Notes under the pieces: model-generated | What the model was told of the DNA's origin: nothing | The model's input: only the letters and a program-made list of their open reading frames with translations | The model's database searches: none | Assembly: GCA_949297445.1 (NCBI GenBank) | Contig: CASFSS010000018.1 | Span: 291,884 to 355,883, forward strand | Length of the DNA stretch: 64,000 nt | From: an uncultured bacterium | GTDB lineage: Bacteria > Bacillota_I > Bacilli_A > RFN20 > CAG-826 | Direction: 5' to 3' | Made by a program: the position numbers and the translations under genes | In this document: one piece after another, positions 30,973 to 42,640 of the stretch | Numbering within the stretch: position 1 is the stretch's first letter | Layout: each line of letters starts with the position of its first letter

Positions 30973-31560
30973 ATGGAAGCAATTTTGTTTAAACACAAAT
31001 TATACGAAATAATTGAGACGCTTGCTGAAAATGAACATGAAATTACTCAATTGGTTAAAAGAAAAAATAGACATTTTGTCATCAAAGCTTTTAAAAATAT
31101 TGATGCTTTTTATAAACATTTAGAAACATACCATGTTTTTAAAAAAGCTGGCATACATATACCAAAACTTTTAAGGAAAGATAAAAAAGCCTATATGCTT
31201 CTTTTTCCTTATATGAACGGTGATTATATTTCCGATTTGTTGCTAAATGGCGATTTGGACGATAAATATTTTAAGGAATTATTTGACATGAACGCTTTTA
31301 TGAAAGCGGCAGGTATCGAATTAGATTTCCATCCTGATAATTTTATGTACTATGATAAAACCCTCTACTATATGTCCGATAAATATTCTAAATTGAGCAA
31401 TAAAAATGTTTTGGTAGAAGATGGAATTCATTTTTGGGTGCCATCAAAAGAAGGAATCCAATATTTAAAAACAATTGATCCAACTTACACAAAGACACCT
31501 TTGTCTAGCGCAGAACTAAACAAAATGATTGTTCTTTTATCAATTAAGTATTGGTGGTAA
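30973..31560 (+). CDS. Hypothetical protein, protein-kinase-like fold
   Basis: FVIK, PYMNG hinge-like segment, DFHPDNF catalytic-loop-like motif. Confidence 0.5.
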   Translation: MEAILFKHKLYEIIETLAENEHEITQLVKRKNRHFVIKAFKNIDAFYKHLETYHVFKKAGIHIPKLLRKDKKAYMLLFPYMNGDYISDLLLNGDLDDKYFKELFDMNAFMKAAGIELDFHPDNFMYYDKTLYYMSDKYSKLSNKNVLVEDGIHFWVPSKEGIQYLKTIDPTYTKTPLSSAELNKMIVLLSIKYWW

Positions 31561-31570
31561 AATTTTCAGC

Positions 31571-32476
31571 ATGAAAGATAACGCTATATTATTTGCTTTA
31601 AGTTCCAATCAAACTCTAGCTAAAAAGGTTTCTAATTTAGCGAAAATAAAATTAGGCAAAGTAAAGATTGAACATTTCGCCGATGGCGAAATTTTGGCTA
31701 GAACCTTAGAAAACGTATCAGGCAAACGCTGTTTTGTAATTCAATCAACCAACTCACCAGCCAGTCAACATATTTTTGAATTGCTCGTTTTTATTGATTC
31801 ATTAAAAACTAATGGTGCCAAAGAAATTGTTTTGGTAATGCCATATTATGGCTATTCAAGGCAAGATCGTGTAGCGCGCCCCGGCGAGCCGATTACCGCA
31901 AAGATGGTCGCCTCGTTATATCAAGCTGTTGGTGCTGATTCAATCATAAGCGTTGATTTGCATACACCTCAAATTCAAGGTTTCTTTTCCTGCCCGGTCA
32001 AAGAGATATCTACCACCGAATTATTTGCAGATTACTTTAATGAAAAGTTTGAAAAAGAAGGTATTGCTACTAGCGATGTCGTCGTCGTGGCGCCTGATCA
32101 TGGTTCCGCTTTGCGCGCTAGAGATTTAGGATCGATGTTTGATGGTGCTTCCATTGCGTTTATCGATAAGCGTCGACCAGCACCAAATAAGAGCGAAGTA
32201 ATCAATTTGGTTGGCAATGTTCGCGATAAAGTATGTATTATTATCGATGATATTATTGACACCGGTATGACAGTTAATAACGCTGCTAGCACAATTCACG
32301 CTTACGGCGCTAAAGATATTTTTGTTTGTGCAAGTCATGCCATTTTATCTGAAAATTCTTTCTTGCCGATTATCCATGAAGTTGTTGTTACGGATACCGT
32401 CGAGAAAAACTTACCTAATATAAAGGTTTTATCAATTGCTCCATTGATTGCCAAAGCAATAGAAGAGATGCTTTAA
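31571..32476 (+). CDS. prs: Ribose-phosphate pyrophosphokinase
   Basis: FADGE, PYYGYSRQDR, VDLHTPQIQGFF, IIIDDIIDTG. Confidence 0.95.
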   Translation: MKDNAILFALSSNQTLAKKVSNLAKIKLGKVKIEHFADGEILARTLENVSGKRCFVIQSTNSPASQHIFELLVFIDSLKTNGAKEIVLVMPYYGYSRQDRVARPGEPITAKMVASLYQAVGADSIISVDLHTPQIQGFFSCPVKEISTTELFADYFNEKFEKEGIATSDVVVVAPDHGSALRARDLGSMFDGASIAFIDKRRPAPNKSEVINLVGNVRDKVCIIIDDIIDTGMTVNNAASTIHAYGAKDIFVCASHAILSENSFLPIIHEVVVTDTVEKNLPNIKVLSIAPLIAKAIEEML

Positions 32477-32483
32477 ATATACG

Positions 32484-32523
32484 ATAGTGTTTACCTTGAC
32501 TAACCACTATTCAAAACAAGGAT
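32484..32523 (+). promoter_or_regulatory. Candidate preQ1 class I-like riboswitch (H-type pseudoknot)
   Basis: P1 ATAGTG/CACTAT, loop containing CCTTG, A-rich tail TCAAAA then CAAGG pairing with loop; directly upstream of queT. Confidence 0.6.
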
Positions 32524-33030
32524 ATGAACGAAAAAGAATTAACTAAATCAATAATTATAAATGCCTTAATTGCCGCGATATATTGTGTGCTAACTATTGC
32601 GACAAGTTCCATTTCATATTTAGGCATGCAAATTAGACTCGCTGAAGCGTTAATATTACTATGTTTCTTTCGACGAGATTTGATCATTGGCCTAACGCTA
32701 GGTTGCTTTTTAGCTAATATTAATTCCCCATTATTGCCGTGGGATTTGATTTTTGGGACTGCCGCTACTTTATTGAGTTGCTTATTAATTATATTCATGA
32801 AGCAACTATTTGTGGCCTCATTAATACCCGTTATACTAAATGGATTTATCGTCGGCGCCGAATTGTATTTTATCCTACAAGAACCATTTTGGTTAAATGT
32901 CGGTTTGGTTGCTTTAGGAGAATTTATCGCAGTTAGTGTTTTTGGGTATATAATATTTATGATTTTAGGAAGAAATAAAAATTTCTTAGCCCTTATTGGC
33001 GCAACCCAAAACACACAGTTCAAGTGGTAG
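32524..33030 (+). CDS. queT: QueT family queuosine precursor transporter
   Basis: ALIAAIYCVLT...QIRLAEAL...GLTLGCFLAN pattern; first gene of tgt-queA-queH cluster. Confidence 0.85.
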   Translation: MNEKELTKSIIINALIAAIYCVLTIATSSISYLGMQIRLAEALILLCFFRRDLIIGLTLGCFLANINSPLLPWDLIFGTAATLLSCLLIIFMKQLFVASLIPVILNGFIVGAELYFILQEPFWLNVGLVALGEFIAVSVFGYIIFMILGRNKNFLALIGATQNTQFKW

Positions 33031-33047
33031 GAGGTAAAGAAAAGAAA

Positions 33048-34621
<1,574 letters not shown>

Positions 34622-34622
34622 A

Positions 34623-35654
34623 ATGGACATTGATTTATTTGATTTTGAGTTGCCAAAAGAATTAATTGCGCAGGAACCTATTTCAGAGCGTTCTTCCTCG
34701 CGTCTTTTACTAGTGAACAAACGCTCAAAAACTTATCAAGATAAAATTTTTAAAGACATTGTTGATTATTTAAAACCAGGTGATGTCTTGGTTCGAAACA
34801 ACACAAAAGTTTTGCCGGTCCGCCTATTTGGAACAAAAGTCGATACCGGTGCTCGCGTTGAAATTCTTCTATTAAAAAATTGTCATGATAACATTTGGGA
34901 ATGTTTAGTTGGCAATGCTAAAGTGGTAAAAAATAATACTGTCATTTCTTTTGCTCATTCATCAATGACGGCAAAATGTATTGAGAAAAAGGAGGAAGGT
35001 ATTTGCCTTTTTGAATTTTCCTATGTTGGATTATTTTTAGAGGAATTAGAGAAAATAGGTGAAATGCCATTACCGCCTTATATCCATAAAAAATTGACCA
35101 ATTCGGATCGATATCAAACGGTATATGCTTCTATTATTGGTAGTGCTGCTGCGCCAACGGCTGGTTTTCATTTTACCCAAGAACTTTTTGATCAATTGAC
35201 AAAGAAAGGCGTGGAAATTCTTGATATTACATTGCACATTGGGCTAGGCACATTCAAGCCGGTTAAGGAATCGACCATTGAAGATCACCAAATGCATAGT
35301 GAATATTATGAAATATCTGAGGAAGTTGCCAATAAATTAAATGCGGCCAAAAAAGAGAAGAGGCGCATTATAGCTGTCGGTACGACTTCGACGCGTACAT
35401 TAGAAGCTAACTATAAAAAATATGGGTGTTTCAAGGCTGCGTGTGAGAATACTAACATATTTATTTATCCAGGTTATTCCTTTTCAGCAATCGATGCTTT
35501 GATCACCAATTTTCATTTACCAAAATCAACTTTAATTATGCTTGTTTCTGCATTTATGGGTATTGATTTGACAATGAAGGCGTATCGTCACGCAATTAAA
35601 GAAAAATATCGTTTCTTTAGTTTTGGAGATGCCATGTTTATATATGATGAATAA
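34623..35654 (+). CDS. queA: SAM:tRNA ribosyltransferase-isomerase
   Basis: FDFELPKELIAQEP, PLPPYI, AAPTAG, AVGTTS, TNFHLPKSTL, FFSFGDAM. Confidence 0.98.
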   Translation: MDIDLFDFELPKELIAQEPISERSSSRLLLVNKRSKTYQDKIFKDIVDYLKPGDVLVRNNTKVLPVRLFGTKVDTGARVEILLLKNCHDNIWECLVGNAKVVKNNTVISFAHSSMTAKCIEKKEEGICLFEFSYVGLFLEELEKIGEMPLPPYIHKKLTNSDRYQTVYASIIGSAAAPTAGFHFTQELFDQLTKKGVEILDITLHIGLGTFKPVKESTIEDHQMHSEYYEISEEVANKLNAAKKEKRRIIAVGTTSTRTLEANYKKYGCFKAACENTNIFIYPGYSFSAIDALITNFHLPKSTLIMLVSAFMGIDLTMKAYRHAIKEKYRFFSFGDAMFIYDE

Positions 35655-36285
35655 GGTCAATTATTATTTAAAATCTGAAGAAATTATTGGTGATTTACCG
35701 CAAAAAGCGGCAAAACCAAAACTTTTATTGCACGCTTGTTGCGCCCCATGTTCAACTTTTCCGTTAACATATTTATGTCCTCATTTCGATGTGACGATTT
35801 ACTATCAAAATTCAAATATTTATCCAGAGGAAGAATATAATAAACGACTTAACGAGCTCAAAAGATTTCTGCATGATTTTGAGCTTAAAAACAATTATCA
35901 TGTAGAGCTTATTATTCCTCTATATGATGAAAAACAATACTATGCATTTTTAGAAAAGTATAAAGATTATCCAGAAGGCAGTCTCCGTTGTTTTGCTTGC
36001 TATGAAAAGCGCATGGAAGAAGCTTATAAGTATGCACAAATTAATCAATTCGATTATTTCACGACAACATTGTCAGTTTCCCGCTTTAAAAACTCGCAAA
36101 AAATAAACGAAATAGGCGCAAAACTTGAGAACAAATTTTTGCCAACTAAATATTTTTATAGTGACTTTAAAAAGAAAGATGGTAATCTTGTAGTAGAAAA
36201 AATGAAAAAAGAATATTCCTTGTATCAGCAACAATATTGCGGCTGCCGTTTCTCATATAGTGAATATTTAAAAAGACATAAATGA
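35644..36285 (+). CDS. queH: Epoxyqueuosine reductase QueH (DUF208)
   Basis: LLLHACCAPCS, RCFACY, YQQQYCGC. Confidence 0.92.
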   Translation: MMNKVNYYLKSEEIIGDLPQKAAKPKLLLHACCAPCSTFPLTYLCPHFDVTIYYQNSNIYPEEEYNKRLNELKRFLHDFELKNNYHVELIIPLYDEKQYYAFLEKYKDYPEGSLRCFACYEKRMEEAYKYAQINQFDYFTTTLSVSRFKNSQKINEIGAKLENKFLPTKYFYSDFKKKDGNLVVEKMKKEYSLYQQQYCGCRFSYSEYLKRHK

Positions 36286-37601
36286 AAAAGATAGGTCAAT
36301 TTTTATTTAGGATGTGGGTAAAGGTGACAGGTTTTCTGCCATTTTTTATTTGGCTTCGACTTAAAAAATATCATTTAAATAAATATGATAAAGAAAAACT
36401 GCTGAAGGGTAATGCTATTATAATATCTAACCATAATTCAACGGCAGATTTTTTCATTTTGCTCATGGCATTTTGGTATCGATACGTTCATGTTTTAATT
36501 GGTGAACAGTTATATCGAAAAAAGTCCTGGGGTAACATGTTGGATTTGTTAGGGGCTTTACCCGTTTATCGCACTCGCCACGATTTATCATTCATGGGCG
36601 AGGCCATTTCTGTCTTAAAAAAAGGCGGTGTGGTCGGTATTTTTCCCGAAGGTCGTTTTAATCATGGTGGCCAGTTAAATAATTTTGAGCCATCTGCTAT
36701 TTATTTAGCGTTAAAAAGTGGCGCGCCAATTTTACCTATCTACATTGAAAATAATGCTGGAACAAGCAAAAGGTCACGTGTAATTGTTGGACAAAAAATA
36801 TATGTTTCTGAGTTATTGACATCAAATAATCCAAGTAAGGGAGAAGTTTTAGATGCCGCTAGTATGTTGCAAGCGAAAGTTCTTGAGTTAAAAAAGCAAT
36901 TACACTTGTACAAGACATATCATCTTTATGAAACATTTCGTTTTCGCTGGTTTTTACTTGATTTAATAAAGGTGGCTTTTTTTCCACTAAACTGGTTTGT
37001 TTTTCCGACAAAATTTCACTATATTGACGGTGCTTCAAAAAAGGAAAGGCGAATAAAAGGGCGCGCCATTTTGCTTTCTAACCATAAGTCATTATATGAC
37101 CCGCCATTATTGATGGTTCATTATATTTCACGCCGGATTCATTCAGTTGTTGCAAGCGATGTATCGGATAAAAAACCATGGTTTTTCGATGCAGTAGGAT
37201 GTATCGTTTATCATCGCTACGAAGATAAGGGAGATGCTAAATGTTTTATTTCAATTATCAATCATCTACGGTCAAATGCAGTTGTCAATATTTATCCTGA
37301 AGGCCACATTAATAAGACTGATAAGTTGGACAAATTTCAAGATGGAGGGGCTTATTTTTCCTTCATGAGCGAAGCACCAGTATATTTTTACTACATGCGC
37401 CAGGAAAATAAACCATTTCATTTGAACCACGTTTACATTTTACCACATATTAATCCTTTGGATTATTTTAGTAGTGCTGAGCTAAAGAAGAAGGAAAATG
37501 TCCCATTATTTACGAAGATAATTGAAGATAAATTCCATTACCTGGAGCATATCGCTGAAGAAGATCTCAAAAATCGAAAAAAGCAAAAAAAGCAAAAATA
37601 G
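36282..37601 (+). CDS. Tandem two-domain lysophospholipid acyltransferase (PlsC-like)
   Basis: Two NHxxxxD motifs (NHNSTAD, NHKSLYD) and two PEG motifs (FPEG, YPEG). Confidence 0.82.
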   Translation: MKKIGQFLFRMWVKVTGFLPFFIWLRLKKYHLNKYDKEKLLKGNAIIISNHNSTADFFILLMAFWYRYVHVLIGEQLYRKKSWGNMLDLLGALPVYRTRHDLSFMGEAISVLKKGGVVGIFPEGRFNHGGQLNNFEPSAIYLALKSGAPILPIYIENNAGTSKRSRVIVGQKIYVSELLTSNNPSKGEVLDAASMLQAKVLELKKQLHLYKTYHLYETFRFRWFLLDLIKVAFFPLNWFVFPTKFHYIDGASKKERRIKGRAILLSNHKSLYDPPLLMVHYISRRIHSVVASDVSDKKPWFFDAVGCIVYHRYEDKGDAKCFISIINHLRSNAVVNIYPEGHINKTDKLDKFQDGGAYFSFMSEAPVYFYYMRQENKPFHLNHVYILPHINPLDYFSSAELKKKENVPLFTKIIEDKFHYLEHIAEEDLKNRKKQKKQK

Positions 37602-37671
37602 TTTTCAAATATTTGAAAGCGTTTTCTTTTAAAAAAATACACGATTCAATCGTATTTTTTAATTTTTGTTG

Positions 37672-37700
37672 TTGCGTTATATATTATATAAGTGTATCCT
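37672..37700 (+). promoter_or_regulatory. Putative sigma-A promoter of S10 operon
   Basis: TTGCGT-17 nt-TATCCT upstream of leader. Confidence 0.5.
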
Positions 37701-37714
37701 TATAAACGTTAGCG

Positions 37715-37824
37715 CTCATTGCGGCATGCGAGGTTGCTGATACACAAGCAGGCGTTGTCATGAATCTCGTATCAGGTAATTCGTGTGCTAAGAGGCTAAA
37801 AGTCTGAGAGAAAGGAAGAAATTC
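37715..37824 (+). promoter_or_regulatory. S10 operon structured leader (ribosomal protein leader-like)
   Basis: GC-rich island in AT-rich spacer containing GAGGTTGCTGATACAC, resembling the conserved Firmicutes rpsJ leader as recalled. Confidence 0.55.
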
Positions 37825-38136
37825 ATGGCGAAAGTAAAAACTATTAGAGTCCGTCTTCAAGCTTACGATTATAAAATTCTTGATTTGAGCGTTGAAAAAA
37901 TCTTAGCGACGGCAAAGAAAACCGGGGCTGGTGTGGTTGGTCCCGTTCCGCTACCAACGGAAAAACAGGTTTATACAATTCTCCGCGCTGTTCACAAATA
38001 TAAAGATAGTCGCGAACAATTCGAAATCCGTACCCACAAGCGTTTAATCGATATCACCAATCCGACCAAAGAAACTGTTGATATGCTGCGTAAGTTAGAT
38101 TTGCCAAGCGGTGTCGATATCGATATCAAGTTATAA
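37825..38136 (+). CDS. rpsJ: 30S ribosomal protein S10
   Basis: [18 protein letters not shown]. Confidence 0.99.
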   Translation: MAKVKTIRVRLQAYDYKILDLSVEKILATAKKTGAGVVGPVPLPTEKQVYTILRAVHKYKDSREQFEIRTHKRLIDITNPTKETVDMLRKLDLPSGVDIDIKL

Positions 38137-38152
38137 AGGGAGGCTTTAAGTT

Positions 38153-38884
38153 ATGAAATCTATCATCGGAAGAAAAATGGGCATGACTGAAGTCTTTGCA
38201 AAAGACGGCACAATGTATGCTGTTACTGTAGTGGAAGTCCTCCCCAATTATGTCTTACAGGTTAAGACAAAGGAAAGTGACGGTTATGAAGCGTTACAGG
38301 TTGGCTTTGAACCTAAGAAAGAAAGCCGTGTTAACTCTCCATTACGTGGTCATTTCAAAAAGGCTAATGTGCAACCAACACAAGTTATCGCCGAAATCAA
38401 AGGTGACGAATTGATGAATTATAAAGTTGGTGACGCAATTAAGGCTGATTTGTTTGCTGCTGGTGAAATTATCGATGTCATCGGCGTCAGCAAGGGTAAA
38501 GGTTATTCGGGAACCATCAAGCGTTACGGTCACAAAATTGGTCCAAAAGGTCATGGTTCGGGTTATCATCGCGGTCAAGGTAGTTTTGCCAATAATGGTC
38601 GTTGCAATAACCGTGTATTGCCGGGCAAAAAGATGAGTGGCCATCACGGCAACAAGAGTGCCACTGTTCTCAATTTGACTGTTGTCGAAGTGAATGCCGA
38701 AAAGAATTATATTCTTGTTAAAGGTGCCATTCCTGGTCCGCGAAAAGGCATTGTTACCCTTCGAAGCGCCATTAAAACATTGAAGAATCCCTTGGCAACC
38801 ATTAAGGAATTGGTTAATTATCAACCAAAGGCCGAACCAAAAGTTGAAGAATCTGCAGCCGATGCTGCTACGAAAGGAGAATAA
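38153..38884 (+). CDS. rplC: 50S ribosomal protein L3
   Basis: GRKMGMT, SKGKG, VKGAIPG; operon order. Confidence 0.98.
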   Translation: MKSIIGRKMGMTEVFAKDGTMYAVTVVEVLPNYVLQVKTKESDGYEALQVGFEPKKESRVNSPLRGHFKKANVQPTQVIAEIKGDELMNYKVGDAIKADLFAAGEIIDVIGVSKGKGYSGTIKRYGHKIGPKGHGSGYHRGQGSFANNGRCNNRVLPGKKMSGHHGNKSATVLNLTVVEVNAEKNYILVKGAIPGPRKGIVTLRSAIKTLKNPLATIKELVNYQPKAEPKVEESAADAATKGE

Positions 38885-38886
38885 CG

Positions 38887-39531
38887 ATGGCTGAAACTAA
38901 AAATATTTCATTGCCGGTATACGATTTAAAGGGCGAAAAAGTTTCGACTGTCTCTCTTTCTAAAGCAGTTTTCGGTGTTGAAGAAAATAGACAAGTCATT
39001 CACGATGCTGTCTTAGTTTATCAAGCTAATTTGCGACAAGATACCGCCAAAACAAAAAAGCGTTCAGAAGTGAGTGGTGGCGGTAAAAAACCTTGGTCGC
39101 AAAAAGGCACTGGTCGTGCTAGAGCCGGTAGTTCCCGTTCACCAATTTGGGTTGGCGGTGGAACCGTTTTTGGGCCAACAGGTGTTCAAAATCACACTCT
39201 CAAACAAAACCGCAAAGAACATAAATTAGCCTTGAAAGGTTGCTATAGTTCAATGGCTAAAGATGGCTTAATTGTCATCGACAACTGGGCGGTTGAAGGC
39301 ATTAAAACTAAAGAATTGAATCAAGCTTTAATTGCCCTAAAAGCAACTGACAAAACATTAATCGTCTTAGGCGGCGAAGAAGATAACGACAATTTAATTC
39401 TTTCCGCGCGCAATATACCTAATGTTATTGTAACGCGTGCAGATAATGTGTCTGTTTATGATCTTTTATACTTCGATCACCTCGTTGTTAGCAAAAAGAC
39501 GATTAAAGAAATTGAGGAGGCGCTAAAGTAA
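38887..39531 (+). CDS. rplD: 50S ribosomal protein L4
   Basis: VSGGGKKPWSQKGTGRARAGS. Confidence 0.98.
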   Translation: MAETKNISLPVYDLKGEKVSTVSLSKAVFGVEENRQVIHDAVLVYQANLRQDTAKTKKRSEVSGGGKKPWSQKGTGRARAGSSRSPIWVGGGTVFGPTGVQNHTLKQNRKEHKLALKGCYSSMAKDGLIVIDNWAVEGIKTKELNQALIALKATDKTLIVLGGEEDNDNLILSARNIPNVIVTRADNVSVYDLLYFDHLVVSKKTIKEIEEALK

Positions 39532-39532
39532 G

Positions 39533-39874
39533 ATGGCTAGAGCAAAAAAAGTTGTTGAAGCCCAAAAAACCGTCGGTAAGGCTTCCATTCATGATTACGA
39601 TTTGATTATCAAACCCATCATCACTGAAAAGACAATGGATTTGATGCAAAACCGCAATAAAGTTACGGTCAAAGTTCCTAAGACCGCCAATCGTGCCGAG
39701 ATTAAATTAGCTTTCGAAAAAGTCTTCGGCGTCGAAGTGGTAGACGTTAACATCATTAATGTCAAGGCAAAGCGTACCAGACGCGGTGGCCGCTATGAAG
39801 GCAAAATATCTGGCTTCAAGAAAGCGATCGTGCAAATCAAAGAAGGAGAAGCGCTCGATCTATTCAAAGAGTAA
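39533..39874 (+). CDS. rplW: 50S ribosomal protein L23
   Basis: PIITEK, KKAIV; operon order. Confidence 0.97.
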   Translation: MARAKKVVEAQKTVGKASIHDYDLIIKPIITEKTMDLMQNRNKVTVKVPKTANRAEIKLAFEKVFGVEVVDVNIINVKAKRTRRGGRYEGKISGFKKAIVQIKEGEALDLFKE

Positions 39875-39906
39875 ATTTACTCGGTTAAATATTATAGGAG
39901 GTATAT

Positions 39907-40740
39907 ATGTCAATAAGAACATACCGTCCAACGTCACCTTCGCGTCGCAATATGACAAACTTGACGTTTGACGAAATAACCAAAAGCACTCCTGAAAAAC
40001 GTCTAACTGTCAATTTAAGTAAAAGCGGTGGACGAAATAACCAAGGTGTTATCACTACAAGACATATCGGTGGTGGTCATAAACGTAAATATCGCTTGGT
40101 TGACTTCAGGAGAAACAAAGACGGCATTCCTGCCACAGTTCAAGCGATTGAATATGATCCTAACCGCAATGCCAACATCGTCCTTCTAAGTTATGTCGAT
40201 GGAGAAAAGCGATATATTATCGCTCCAAAAGACTTAAATGTTGGTGAAAAGGTTATAAGTGGTGAAAATGTCGATATTAAGATTGGTAACTGTTTACCAC
40301 TTAAAAATATTCCAGAAGGTACTGTTGTCCACAATGTAGAATTACAGCCAGGCCGCGGAGGACAAATGTGCCGAGCAGCTGGAACTAGCGCGCAAGTGCT
40401 TGGTAAAGAAGGAAAATATGTCATTCTTCGTTTAGCTAGTTCGGAAGTGCGCAAAGTGCTCGATACCTGCCGGGCAACAATCGGCGAGGTTGGTAATGAA
40501 GATTATATCTTAGTTAATCGCGGCAAAGCTGGTAAAACGCGTTGGTTAGGTACTAGACCTACCGTCCGTGGATCGGTCATGAATCCGAACGATCACCCAC
40601 ATGGTGGTGGTGAAGGTAAATCACCGGTTGGTCGAGATGCTCCTAGAACCCCGTGGGGTAAACGTGCTCTCGGTGTCAAGACCAGAAAGAATAAAAAAGC
40701 TAGTTCTCGTCTCATTGTTAGACGTAGAAACGCTAAATAG
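39907..40740 (+). CDS. rplB: 50S ribosomal protein L2
   Basis: [21 protein letters not shown]. Confidence 0.99.
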   Translation: MSIRTYRPTSPSRRNMTNLTFDEITKSTPEKRLTVNLSKSGGRNNQGVITTRHIGGGHKRKYRLVDFRRNKDGIPATVQAIEYDPNRNANIVLLSYVDGEKRYIIAPKDLNVGEKVISGENVDIKIGNCLPLKNIPEGTVVHNVELQPGRGGQMCRAAGTSAQVLGKEGKYVILRLASSEVRKVLDTCRATIGEVGNEDYILVNRGKAGKTRWLGTRPTVRGSVMNPNDHPHGGGEGKSPVGRDAPRTPWGKRALGVKTRKNKKASSRLIVRRRNAK

Positions 40741-40757
40741 GAAAGGAGATAGTTTAA

Positions 40758-41054
40758 ATGGCAAGAAGTTTGAAAAAAGGCCCATTCTGCGATGCGTATT
40801 TATTGAAACGTGTCGATGCTCTCAATGCGGCCAATAAAAAAGAAGTCATCAAGACTTGGTCACGTCGTTCGACTATTTTCCCATCCTTTATTGAACACAC
40901 TTTCGCTGTTTATAATGGCCGCGAACATATTACGGTTTTCGTTACTGAAGATATGGTCGGTCACAAATTAGGCGAATTTGCTCCTACCCGTACATATAAG
41001 GGACATACAGGCCACACCGCCGAAGATAAAGCGGCCGCGGCCCAAAGAAAGTAG
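40758..41054 (+). CDS. rpsS: 30S ribosomal protein S19
   Basis: [17 protein letters not shown]. Confidence 0.99.
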   Translation: MARSLKKGPFCDAYLLKRVDALNAANKKEVIKTWSRRSTIFPSFIEHTFAVYNGREHITVFVTEDMVGHKLGEFAPTRTYKGHTGHTAEDKAAAAQRK

Positions 41055-41067
41055 AGGTTAAATCGTT

Positions 41068-41532
41068 ATGGCTAAAAAGAAAACTGAAGCTACTAATGTT
41101 GAAGTCAAAAACGAAACCTTAGAAGAGACAAAGAAGGCAACTAAAGGCCGCAAAGCCAAAAAAGAAGAAAGCAAACCGGCCGAAACGAAGCCTGTTCGTC
41201 ACGAAGCGAAAGCAATTGCTTACGACTTGCGAGTTACTCCTCGCAAAGCGAGACTTGTCGTCGATTTAGTGCGTGGCAAGATGGTTAATGAAGCATTAGG
41301 AATTTTGGCTAATGTTAATAAAGCCGCTTCGCCTTTAGTGGCAAAAGTCATTAAAAGTGCAGCAAGCAATGCTATTAATAACTTTGGTATGAAAGAAGAA
41401 ACACTTTATGTGGATACGATATACGCTAACGATGGTGTCCGCATGAAAAGATATCTACCAAGAGCGAAAGGACGCGCAAGCGGTCTTGTGAAAAGAACAT
41501 GTCACATCACCGTCATTGTGCGTGCTAAATAG
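41068..41532 (+). CDS. rplV: 50S ribosomal protein L22 with charged N-terminal extension
   Basis: TPRKARLVVDLVRG, PRAKGRA. Confidence 0.97.
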   Translation: MAKKKTEATNVEVKNETLEETKKATKGRKAKKEESKPAETKPVRHEAKAIAYDLRVTPRKARLVVDLVRGKMVNEALGILANVNKAASPLVAKVIKSAASNAINNFGMKEETLYVDTIYANDGVRMKRYLPRAKGRASGLVKRTCHITVIVRAK

Positions 41533-41543
41533 GAGGAACAAAC

Positions 41544-42221
41544 ATGGGTCAAAAAGTAAGTCCTGTTGGAATGCGTGTTGGCATTAATCGAAATTGGGTT
41601 TCTCGTTGGTATGCTAACGACAAAGAATTCTCTGCCTTTTTATTAGAAGATCTCGCGATTAGAAAATATCTCGAAGGTCAGTTGAAGGATGCTATGTTGT
41701 CGCATATTGAAATCGAAAGAAGAAAAACCGATCGCGGACATAATGTCAATATTTCTATCTTTGTAGTTCGTCCTGGTGTGGTTATTGGCCAAGATGGCGC
41801 CAATATCAATCGCATCAAAAAAGAGTTAGCGAAGAAATTTAGCGGTTCATCCATTCATCTCGATGTAATCGAAGTGAAACAACCAGATTTAGACGCAAAT
41901 TTGGTTGCCAAATGGATCGCTCATGAATTGGAAGAACGTGCTTCCTTCCGCACGGCGCAAAAGAAAGCTATTCAAAGAGTTCGTAAAGCTGGTGCCAAAG
42001 GCTGCCGCACTGTTGTCAGTGGTCGATTAGGCGGTGCTGATATTGCGCGAAGCGAAGGTTATAAAGAAGGCATTATCCCGCTTCATACTATCCGTAGCGA
42101 CATCGATTATGCCGTAGCAGAAGCGATGACAACCTATGGTAAGTTAGGTGTTAAAGTCTGGATTTGCCGTGGTGATACTCTTCAAGAAAATAAAGAAGAA
42201 GAGTCCAAAAAGGAGGAATAG
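41544..42221 (+). CDS. rpsC: 30S ribosomal protein S3
   Basis: [28 protein letters not shown]. Confidence 0.99.
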   Translation: MGQKVSPVGMRVGINRNWVSRWYANDKEFSAFLLEDLAIRKYLEGQLKDAMLSHIEIERRKTDRGHNVNISIFVVRPGVVIGQDGANINRIKKELAKKFSGSSIHLDVIEVKQPDLDANLVAKWIAHELEERASFRTAQKKAIQRVRKAGAKGCRTVVSGRLGGADIARSEGYKEGIIPLHTIRSDIDYAVAEAMTTYGKLGVKVWICRGDTLQENKEEESKKEE

Positions 42222-42223
42222 AT

Positions 42224-42637
42224 ATGCTTCAACCTAAAAGAGTTAAATATCGTCGTCCTCATGGTGTCAAATACGAAGGACTTTCCAAAGGTGGAAACGA
42301 AGTTTGTTTTGGCGAGTATGGTCTAAAGGCTGTCACCGGCAATTGGGTAACAGATCGCCAAATTGAAGCCGCTCGTATTGTCATCAGTAGATATACCCGT
42401 AAAGAGGGCAAAGTTTATATTCGTATTTTCCCACATATGGCTAAGACGAAAAAACCAGCCGAGGTTCGTATGGGTAGCGGCAAAGGTAATCCTGAATCAT
42501 GGGTTGCCGTTGTTAAAAAAGATCGCATCTTATTTGAAATGGGCGGTGTATCAGAGGCAGTTGCTAGAGAAGCATTAAGCCTCGCCGCCTATAAGTTGCC
42601 ACTTCAATGCAAAGTTGTCAAAAAGGAGGAAAAATAA
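42224..42637 (+). CDS. rplP: 50S ribosomal protein L16
   Basis: [19 protein letters not shown]. Confidence 0.99.
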   Translation: MLQPKRVKYRRPHGVKYEGLSKGGNEVCFGEYGLKAVTGNWVTDRQIEAARIVISRYTRKEGKVYIRIFPHMAKTKKPAEVRMGSGKGNPESWVAVVKKDRILFEMGGVSEAVAREALSLAAYKLPLQCKVVKKEEK

Positions 42638-42640
42638 TTT

